Shown here: in pieces, positions 12,199-23,229 of the stretch | Layout of the letters: each line of letters begins with the position of its first letter | Position numbering within the stretch: the first letter of the stretch is position 1 | Source of the DNA: Antedon mediterranea | Lineage: Eukaryota > Animalia > Echinodermata | Assembly (NCBI RefSeq): GCF_964355755.1 | Contig: NC_092680.1 | Span: 6,138,001 to 6,202,000 of the forward strand | Direction: 5' to 3' | Length of the DNA stretch: 64,000 nucleotides | Made by a program: the position numbers and the translations under genes | Notes under the pieces: generated by a model | Told to the model about the DNA's origin: nothing | Databases searched by the model: none | Seen by the model: the letters and a program-made list of their open reading frames with translations, nothing else

Positions 12199-15100
12199 AT
12201 GGAGGAAGGCGAGTTGGCAAAAGTTCCAACAGACGATACTTCCAATGATGGACCTATTGAGGAAACTGACATTTTCAACCAAAATGCAGAGTTCGAACGC
12301 GGTAATGTTACTTGGCCAGGACCAAAGACTCTTGCTGCTGTTGGTAAATTTCAGTTTCGGAAAAAGAAATCTTCACTTTACGATGGATTTCTTCAACTTC
12401 AGTTGGCGAATGGTGAACTTGTGTTTCCAAGAGGCAAAAACAACCAGCATACAGCTAAGGTAAGTTACAGTATATGACATGTTTAAAGACCTTACGTTTT
12501 AGTTATTTTGTATATTTGTCATCACAACATCCAATTAGTGAATGGATAATTAAGATGAGTGACGTGAGAGGGGCATATTTGAAGTAGTGTTTTATCATCC
12601 GATTACTTTATAGGACTATAATAACCGTCACACTTCCACGTTTTATCATGTCTTAAAAGTGTACAGTATTGAAGTTATCTTTGAATTATATTAATTATGT
12701 ATTTCCAACCACAGTACACATACGTTCCTGCTGGTACAAACTCCCTCTCAGTACTGAATTATCTCTTGGAGACCGCCAACCTAAAACTCCCAATGTTGGG
12801 GTTCTCCATTCCATACACGTCACAGATGGTCTCCGAAAAGTCAGTCGACATCAACAATATTTATCGAGGAATAGTCCAGACCGCCATCACAATGAATGCT
12901 TGGATTTTAACATGTGGAACTGAACACAGTAAGATGGAATATCTTCTACTTTTTAATCTATCCTTTACTAAACAGTAAATTAAAGGCATCATAACTTCAA
13001 ACTCTCGATTAATTTGAATTGTAATATTCCTTCTGGACCGTGATAACACACAGGTATACAAGTAGAAACCGTTATTATTAATTACGTATTTCTGGAACAC
13101 AACATCATGTCCCGTAATTCGTCAGACTGATGATTTATGATAACCAAATAGCATTGAAGTGTTCAACAAATTAACCTTTACCAATGTTTGTTTCTTACTT
13201 TGTTTTATTGATTGTAATGTAAAATACTACCACTAATACTTAGATGCGGTAATTTTTACGGAGGAGATTTTGAAAGAAATTAGAACATAAAACTGATTTA
13301 CAGTCCGGATTTACAATCTAGCTACTCAACTTTTTATTTGCTTTTCAAAAGTTTCGTTAGTAACTTATATTTTTTACGTAGGTGTTCCAAGCGCTGTTTC
13401 AATGATTTTGAAGGAGCATACAGCGAGGTTTGAAACCAAACCTGTTACTATTGGTGTAGTTTCGACGACACACCTCACCGGTGAAGTAGAGGATGTCATT
13501 GCTGGAAAGGTTTGTGTTTGTGATATTGTTCATCGAAATACATAGATGTGGCCATTTAAATGGACCCGAAAATTTTAAATTTAGTAGCAAAAATCGACTG
13601 GATTTGGTATAAATTAAAACAGAATTAAGTAATTTAGATTAAAGTTATTTTTTTTTTACTATGGTAGTAGCAATTCTTTCATTTCTTTAGTTAGCACAAC
13701 TGCAGTTTATACTTCATACGTTCTGACTATCTTTACATTAATTTACTGTAGTTCACCTCTCATCACCTAGGATAATTATGTTTCTACAGAAGTCACCGTA
13801 ATGTTGTTCATATTACTTAGAATATATATTGATGTGTCATGTATTTGATTAATGCTTGTTGTTTTTCTCAATATTTATTTAACAGTCTGTAACGTATAAT
13901 AAATCAACCGAAGACCAACTTGATGCAACTCATTCACATTTCATAATAGTTGAACATGATGCAAATACAAACAAATATGAAACACCAGTGAAAAAGAAAC
14001 TAGAGAAGATTCTTTCTAAAGGCGGGAAAAAACTAGAAAAAATCAGACAGTCATCAGTAAAAGCAGAGACTGTACCAAATAAAAAATTACAGCATCAAGT
14101 CACAAGAACACTTATCAACAGTGTTTCTGGTAACATTATAAAAGATAGAAATTCCAAGAATACAGAAGTGACAAATGGAAACGTTCCAATGACAACGGTT
14201 GACAGGATTAACCAACATAACCCTATACCAATAGTAATGAGTGTTGTAGGAGGAGACTTAGAATCATTAGTGAAATTTACTGAAGATTTGGAATATAAGA
14301 AAGAAACCTCTACTATCATGCTCTTGTTCGAAGGGAGTGGTGGTGCGGCTGACTTATTATCATTTGCCATAAGAACAGCTAATGAATTTGGGTAGGTGGA
14401 TTCTCACTGACATTTTATTATAGAGAACATAGAGACACATTTTATCGGCGTAAACGATTGACTCTCAATCTTATTTTTTTTCTGAACCGACTCCCCTTAT
14501 TCGTATAGTCGCATAAATGAACAACTTATAATTATAATCATAATCACCAAACGACAGAATCTGTATGTCAACAACAAAATATATAGTCCTATTAAAAATG
14601 TCTTCGCATTTAGACTTCACTTTTACCAAGATCTTCAACTATTCTCTATACCATAATCTGTCAAAACAATTAGTGCAACAGCAAAATTAACTTTACTTAC
14701 AATAAATCTCGTTTCCAGAAATGTTTTTTAGTAACATTTTAATTGGTTATTAACAATTATAATGTTGTATTCTCACCCTTAGAGAGACATCAGATGAGTT
14801 TAGAAAACAAACTCGAGTACGTATAAAATCGTTTTTATTCTACCAAGTTAAGCGTGGCAACACATTTACGATTGGTAAAGAAGATCTCTTCCATTACATT
14901 CAGCAGTTCGCATCTCTTCGCAAACAGGTATGTTAATAGTAGCAGAGGTTTCACAATCTTTCCACATTGTTCACAAATTCTGTTATTACATACATTTTTC
15001 ATAAGCCATGCAAACAGGTTAACACTTGATTTTCGATAATTTCCAGGTGCATGTATGCAAATGTAAGAACTTAAGAGGTGACAGACTGGAGAAGAAAATA

Positions 15101-18100
15101 CGACAAGAAATATTTGTTGCTCTTCTTGAGAAAGGTACATTTATGATAACCACACTCAATAAATACAATTAACTTAATTTGATTGATCTTCTTAATAACA
15201 GGTAGGGGAATCCCTAGATACCTATGCTTATATTCAGTACAGTATTTGCCACGGCCATTCAATGTATTCCCTATGAACTTCTACCGCTCATGTAAACACT
15301 TGTCGTGGAGATATTATTGCGGAACTTTTTTTTAATACTTCATACTTTCGAATACTTTTAGTTCATTCGCAGCCTAGAGAAAAGTTGATGTTAGCTCTGT
15401 TGTGGAACGAAGCAGACGCAGTTCGAGATGCCCTATTCAAAGGGAATACACGATATAAAGTATGGCTTATTACTATTTATTGTTAAAAGTAGACCTATAA
15501 TTTACATTAAGAAAATGTCCACATTTTCGTTTTTACAATTTAGGTGGTCTAGACATCAACATGAACAGCTTGATCAACGGACCTTCTTAACTTACCTATC
15601 AACATTAAATTTCATTTCTAAATCTCAACTTTGTATAAACAGAGGTTATTTGATGAATGTCACGATCTACCTAATGACAGCTGCAGAACCGGGTGGATAT
15701 GGAATGGATTTCAGTGTAATAGATGTTTTAGGCCCTATACATTTATATCTCTTGTTTAACAATACTATATTATATATTATATAAAGATCAGTGATCAAGA
15801 TCTCTACTATGCTATGCTGATTTCACTAGAGCGAGGAAATGTAGATTTTGTCAAACTGCTGGTAGAAAATGGCGTATCGGTGGAACAGTTTTTAACAACC
15901 GAGAATTTGGAATATCTGTACAATTCGGTAAGTGTTTAAAAAATGTGTTTAACAGTTAAAAACAATTACTGCATTTTCTTGATCAACTAATTTTTTGTTT
16001 CTGTTTTTAAGTGTTCAAATAAAAAGACACCAACATTAAAGGACCTATTGACGCTTTCAAATACACTTTCAGTTGAGGTGAGATGAAATTGTGTTTGTGT
16101 TTACCTGTTTTGATTTTTAATAACAGAATGCAATCAAATGATTTATTATAGAGTTTAACAATAAGATAGAGCGGCTAGAACTAGGAAATTGGCCAAAATC
16201 TTATATTGTTTAATTAGTAAGTATTTCTAAATATGACTTATATAAACCTAATACGGTAAGGTTTATTATAATTCTAATTACAGGGAAAGATAAAATCTAT
16301 TAGATTACGACATGTGGATAGTGTCATCAAGTTTCTCATGGGTGGAGAATTCGACAGTCGATACGGACGCTACGCGTCAGAGGTACGGGTTTGTTTGAGT
16401 TATTATACTACAGCAGCAATATCATTCAGAATACATCAAACTAGACAGTCTCTATAAGCACAACGTATTATCCGTAGAGTAATTCCAAGCGTTTAAATTA
16501 TATACAATTATAAGATTTTACATGTGATTTAATTTAGGAATTATCATTTATATTATTATACAACAAGTGTCCTTATATGCAAACTAATCGTCAAGCGTCA
16601 AGTAATTCAAGAATTGAAAAACTGCAAGTTTAAACATAAACTTTTAAGATGTCATTATTTTTCACTTTCATTTTTTTTTGCACAGAGTTCAACAGTTATA
16701 CCGCATGCTTTCTCAGAACTATTTCTGATGGCTGTACTTTGCCAACAGTTTAGCCTAGCAGAATATTTCTGGCAACATGGTACTCACCCTATTATGAAAG
16801 CGCTTGTAGGCATGAAAATATATTCTAAGCTTGCTGAAATAGCACAGGGCCGACTTGACATAGAAACTGCCTCTGTGTTAAAATCTGAATCAAAGTAAGC
16901 CTACATAATATTTTGTATTCATTAAGACATTTAACATATCAACCAAGAAGTCATATAAGGTCACAGTAATGATATTAAAGCCCAAACATAAACAACAACT
17001 TTACGGTTTAACAAGGGTGGTTCAATGGACTAATAGGTATTTGCATTACTTCTCGATTATCGTAACAAAGTAATCCTTATATATCATTATTTCTGCTTTC
17101 TACTCTCTATGATTATAATGATATATATTTGTTGATTATATAGAAAATACAGTGTGTATGCATATGATCTGCTTGACATTTGTTACGAGATGCACGAGAA
17201 ACAAGCTAAAAAAATTACAATCCGTCGAAATGACAATTGGGGAAAACACTCATGTCTCTCATTGGCGGTGCAAGCGTCACATATGAAATTCGTTGCACAC
17301 CAATGTTGCCAGGCCCACATGAACGACATTTGGGTCGGTCGGCTTTTAACCAGAAAATCATATGAAGTAAGAACTTTGTTTATTGTGATTGTGTAGCAAG
17401 TATGTAAATAGTTATTACTTCTCGCTAAATCCTCGACATAGGGAATTTAGTTATTGTCTCTTTTTATGTAGAGGGATATTTTTTTTAAAGAATATTTATG
17501 ATGCGACATGTGTGCCAACATGTTTTTTTAAACGATTGTTTTTTATTTTATATATTTATTTATTTTTTTTATTTTTATAAATAAGAATCACTGTTGATAA
17601 CCTATAATCAATAATCAGAATATGAGTACAATTAGCTTTCGACAAAAGTATATGCGTCAGGGCAAAAAATGACTAAAACACAACAAGAAAATGATTGTAT
17701 TGTTTATTTTGATTTCTTCGATAATTGAAGATAATAACTCTACTACTGTGTATCTTATTACAGGTCCTTTTATGTTGTATCTTGCCGGTATTTTTATTTA
17801 CACTTAAATATAAACCTAACAACAATGCAATGCCCGGTGAAAACCAAGATGGATTTTCAAAGGAGAGAAAGGAAAAGTCACTGAAGGCTTCCGTAAGATC
17901 TCAATTGAAGAAAGTCAATCATTTCTACACTGCTCCAATGGTTAAATTCTGGATGAACGTGGTACGTGCGCTTTAGAATATTCCTAATAGACTATTATTA
18001 CATCTACAATTCAAACAAAAAGTCTATAAATAATTTACCTCCTACTAAATAATATCTCTGCTTTTTTCATTATGGTTGTGAATTTTGTCTAACTAATGTG

Positions 18101-21100
18101 AACATGTACTGAATACATAGTCCACTGAACGTCTGACAACGTGATGTGAATAATAATTATTTCAAGTTGTTAGGTTCTGGATCCACTGGCGCCAAACTTT
18201 AGTAATGTTTAGTATCTGTTGGCCATGCAGGGTGCTATATTTTTTCGTACACGAATTGGGGACCCCTCATGAAACGTGATCACAATAATGAATGAATATT
18301 AATTAGTTGTATCCATAAAGTAAGAATATACCCGACTATAATTCGCTATGCAAACGCCTTTCTAAATCTAATGGCTTAGACTATGAAATCTGCATGTCGA
18401 TGTATGGAGTTCGAATCCCATGAGCAACTTCTTTTTACTTTATACCCAGAGAGATTATTTAGAGGGTTATAAATTATATTTATAGGAAGTAGGTCATCCA
18501 CATAAAGATTCCCCAACAAAGGCTAACATAAAATTACTAATTATAATTAAGATTAAGGTTATGGTAATGATTAACGATTAAGAGTGCATTTTTAGGGTTT
18601 CAAAATAATAAAAATTATGATTATATCAAAAGATTGATTTGCATATTTATTGGTAACTTGTTCAAGCTACCAATAAATAGTTATTCTCATTCAATAAATC
18701 AGACTTTTATATCACCGGTATCCATAAAGTAATGTTCAGAGGCGTTTCAAAAAGTTGAACAGAAAAATGTTTCTGTGTTCAAGTGAGTTTTCAGACGTTT
18801 TTTGATGATAATGGTTAGCATAAAAACTGCAGTTATGACATATACATTGTCAGAAGGAATGTTATGTGGGAATAACATACAATAACACTAAAAATATATT
18901 AATAATTCAGATAAATAAAAAGAAAGTTTTACTAACTTATTGACCAAAATTGCAGAAAAAAAAATGCAGGATCCATAGAAAGATTTACCAAGATACTTAG
19001 AAACAACTGTAAAAAGTATACGATCAATAGTATTTTTTTAAATGCTTTAAAAATGGAGATATAGTTTACGGAGCAATGCCAGTGTCGAAATGTATATTAC
19101 ATGGCCTGTATTAATGGTTTAAAGAAGTTTGAATTTTCTTAATTTTCTTTCAGGTTTCGTACATGATATTCTTGTTGTCGTTTAGTTATGTAGTCTTGAG
19201 GAAACTGGAGACAGTTCCAACATTTTATGAACTATTTGTTATGATTTACATTACAAGTTTAACAATTGAAGAATTTCGACAGGTAGGTTATTTATTTAAT
19301 CTTCTCCTTTTATTGCCAGTGCACTCATCGGTCTCTTAATATTATGTATGATATATCAATTATAACTTACTAATAACAAACTTTTCCAGAAAAATACATA
19401 TCTATCTATCTATCTATCTATCTATCTAGGCATTAGTTCATCCATTGTTGAATGAAGCCCTCCTCATAACATTTCCATTTCTGTCTAATTCTTGCTGTCC
19501 TAGTCCATGCAGCCGTTCCAATGTACTGTATGTTGTTAGATCATCTCTCCACCTTCTTTTTTGTCTTCATCTTTCCTCTTTCCTACCCTTGGTTGCCATT
19601 CTGTAAATACATATCACCACCAATAACAAAATAGTTTTCCCTTTGTTATTCAACGATCTAGTTTGTGGCTTTGATAAGCTTCTCTTCTTTCGTCTTCTTC
19701 CGTCTTCTTCCTATATTGTCTGTAAAAATCCTGACATTTAGAAGGAATGAGATGAGTTGGAAGATGCCATGTCATAGTTATATAAACTACGGTATAGATA
19801 TGGATTGTCTCACTTGTGGTTAGTGAACTCACTTAGGTTGCGCCTACGTCATTTGGGCTTATCACTACCATATGTGAGCACCTTTTTTGCTTTACTCTTT
19901 AAAAAAGAAACAATCATATTGTAGTAATTCATGTTATTATATAATTCGTGTTTAGATGTTTTCTGAAAAGTTTCGTCAATGGATATCAGACTACTGGAAT
20001 ATTTGTGACGTCCTTGCAATTCTTTGCTTTGTTGCTGGTAATGCGTTGCGTTGGGCAGAAAGCACTGTAGAAGTAGCAAAGGTTTTGTACGCAATCGATT
20101 TGTGTTTATGGTACATTCGACTATTGGATTTATTTAGTGTTAGCAGTTATCTCGGAACATACGTCACAATGATCGGTAAAATGGTAAGTTTATTTTTAGA
20201 TGAAATTGACAAATTATTTTACTACAAAAGGAGTCAAGGAAAATAGTAAGCACAACCCTGGCACCCTTTGAGACTATTTTATTTCGACATGAACGTGCAA
20301 ACCATTATGAAGTTGGCTCTATTTATAGTAATATATAACTGTAAAATAATATTACCTTTTCAGACGTTTGATACTGTACGTTTTCTGTGTATTATGCTTA
20401 TATTTGCCGCCGGTTACGGAGTTGCCAGAGAAGGAATCTTCAACCCAAATGCAACAGATATTGGATTCATAGATAAAGTGCAAACTGTCCTGCGAATACC
20501 TTACTGGCAAATATACGGAGAGCTGTTTCTTGACGAACGTAAGTATTACATTCATCGTGTAAAAATTGATTTACAAGTATTTAGGAAAATTTCGTTGCGT
20601 GTAATAGAAAGTCTTACACGTGACAATGTTGCTACTTGTGGAAATACAAAGATACTGATATTTGTAGATTATATTGTTGTATTATATTATATTCTTTATA
20701 TATATAAAAAAATATATATATAAATATAAATATTATATTAAATTACGCTATTAATAGTATAATGTGATTACAAATTAGAATTAAGTGATGTTTCTAATAT
20801 TTAAAATAATAATGTTCATTTTGTTTTAGTTCAATGTGGACCAGACTCCAGTACAGGAGAACCATGTGTGACGGGTCACGAGGTTGTGGTCATCATGACG
20901 GCCGCCTACCTGTTGATTGCAAACATTCTTTTACTCAACATGCTCATAGCCATATTCAAGTGAGTATACCACATATTTTTTCTATAAATATATATCAATA
21001 GAAGGTAAATGTAAAATAGGTAGGATGACGCAATATAATTATTGCGCAACGTAATTAAATGACTTAGGCAAATATATTTTGAATATAGTGTGACTTAGGC

Positions 21101-22723
21101 AGTTTTTACAGATGAAAATTGCCTAAGTCACACAGCTGACTTAGGCAGAATCACAAAAAAACCGATCTGATCATGTGCAAATGTATATAAAAGCACTCAG
21201 ATAATGTACAAAGGGCAGTATAATGATATAAGCATTGAGTTAGGCAGGAAAAAAAAATACAAATTTAGGCACTTTTGTTATGAGGCTGTCGATATGTTAT
21301 GTTTTATTCATAATATTATTTTTTCTTTTGATTTTTAGCAATATTTTTACGGAGTATCAAGAGAATGCCGAAGAGATATGGAAGTTTGAACGGCATCGCT
21401 TAGTAACTGAATACCAAAAAAGACCAGTTCTTGTGCCTCCATTTATGACATTTGCTCACCTTTGGCGACTATGTAAATGGACAAATCGAAAAAAGAGGAA
21501 AATTGTGCCCAAAATCTTTAAGAAAAATGAAAAAGAAGGTAAAGTTTCAAGTAATTTATTGTGTAAGACAAAATTGTATTAATTCTCAAAATTGTGGTAG
21601 TCACCAAGCGTGTCTAATTTTTCACCATGAGAGTCAATCACATTATAACACATCAAAAAAAGTAATTAGCGCTTTCTGGTTGTGGGATAATGACAAATAG
21701 CTATTATTATAATGCTTTACTTATACCAAAGTAATCTTCTGATAAATGTAATCTTGTTAGTATGTTTTAAATTGGAGTAGTCCTGAATTCATTTTGAATA
21801 AACTTTTACGTAACACATGCATGATTTGCTTGATTTAGAAGTGGCTGATGATGACGAAGAACTCCTTGACCGTTGGGAGGAAGATATGATCAAATCTTAC
21901 GTCAACAAAGAAACGGTGCAAAAGGAGCACTCAGTCGAAAATATGATAGGCGAACTTAGTGAGAGGTAAATTCAAAATGTCGATTTTAATTGTTTTGATT
22001 TGATTTAGCGAACATAACAAACTGTATTAACAAAACATGCACAAAATACAAATAAATAATAGCATAAAAATAGGAATGTAATCTTTCTATTGTAGGCCTA
22101 AAGCTAACTCATTGCCCATCATTCTCTCTCGACTTTCTCCACTGTTTGCTCCTTAGAACAAATCTCTAGCAGCAATCGTGTTTATAGCATGTCAGGCAGT
22201 TTAGTGTGTTCTTTAGACACACTCTTTGCTTATTTATTAGAAAGATTTATACCCTTGAAGAAATCTGTTTGATTATACTGAACCCTGCTAAATGTTATGT
22301 GTACGTATACAAAGAAATAGTATCTGGAGACTTGCGAGCAAGTTTAAGAATACTTCTATATTCGATTCATTTTGCAGAATGTTAACAATATCAGTTCGTT
22401 TGAATGAGGTGGATCGACGACTACAACAGCTTGATGAAATAGATTCTAAACTTGATAGTCAGATACGAGGCATAAACGATGACGACAACAGCATTGATGA
22501 CAAAATAAGAGCATTGGATATAAAGTTCAACACATTGCTTGATGCATCGTCAAAGCAAAGCAGTAAATTAGCCGATGTTCAATGGACAATGCTTAAATTG
22601 AAAAAGAGTTTGGGCAGCAGAACTGTTCGTGTTCGGAAGAAGTCTACTAGTGTGGCATCTACTAGCCCTGCTGTGGCCTCATTATCATCAACAACAAGTC
22701 AATCCCCGAAAGATAATGTGTAG
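12199..22723 (+). CDS. TRPM-family cation channel, 1234 aa, 20 coding exons
   Basis: Exons 12199-12459, 12715-12928, 13382-13509, 13886-14391, 14783-14927, 15047-15134, 15362-15458, 15792-15927, 16012-16077, 16284-16382, 16686-16894, 17144-17366, 17764-17961, 19154-19282, 19956-20183, 20364-20538, 20830-20959, 21339-21538, 21839-21965 and 22378-22723. All introns are GT-AG with consistent phases; total 3705 nt. TRPM motifs: [76 protein letters not shown], pore [14 protein letters not shown]6 [16 protein letters not shown] box [12 protein letters not shown] and a C-terminal coiled coil. Confidence 0.92.
18367..18440 (+). mobile_element. Degenerate tRNA-like or SINE head remnant in a TRPM intron
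   Basis: tctaatggcttag (A-box-like) followed by ggagttcgaatccc (B box) and a T-run. The cloverleaf is not intact. Confidence 0.4.
19398..19605 (-). mobile_element. 3' fragment of an RTE-clade LINE with a (TAGA)n tail
   Basis: The minus strand translates, with frameshifts, to [20 protein letters not shown]....[24 protein letters not shown]. This is the typical RTE C-terminus, and it is followed directly by (TAGA)n. Confidence 0.75.
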
Positions 22724-23229
22724 GCCTAATGCGCCTACTAAAATTGGTAATGTATTCATGTATATACTTCCTTACTTACTTATTTATAATCACTTATACT
22801 TATCGGTACTTGTTAAAATGATGCCTAATTTGTGTAATTTTTTCACGTTTATAGAAGCTGCGTGTTTTTCTCGCACAGTTATTTTAAAAATTGGTTCTAT
22901 GAAACTAGAATGCGATAACACTTTTTACTTAATTAGGTCCCTGATAATAATGAAACCACATATATGGGCAAATTTCGAACTCTTTATCTGTTGACAAAAT
23001 GCTTACTATTACTCTATAAAATAATGTATATATATAGCAATATCATTGTATAGTAATTGAATTGTGGAAGTGTTTTTCGCGTATTACCTCAATACATTAT
23101 TACATGATTATAACACAATGTATACACTTATAAAGATATTATCGCATAATTGATTTTTAAAAAGTTTAAGTTTTGACAATGTTTTCGCCTCAAAATAGAG
23201 CCAAATATAAATCCTTTATTTTCTAACAT

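Noticed and set aside
14874-14880. Alternative donor g|gtaaag in TRPM exon 5
   Set aside because: Its phase (1) is incompatible with the next exon, whereas the donor at 14928 (cag|gtatgt, phase 0) keeps the frame.
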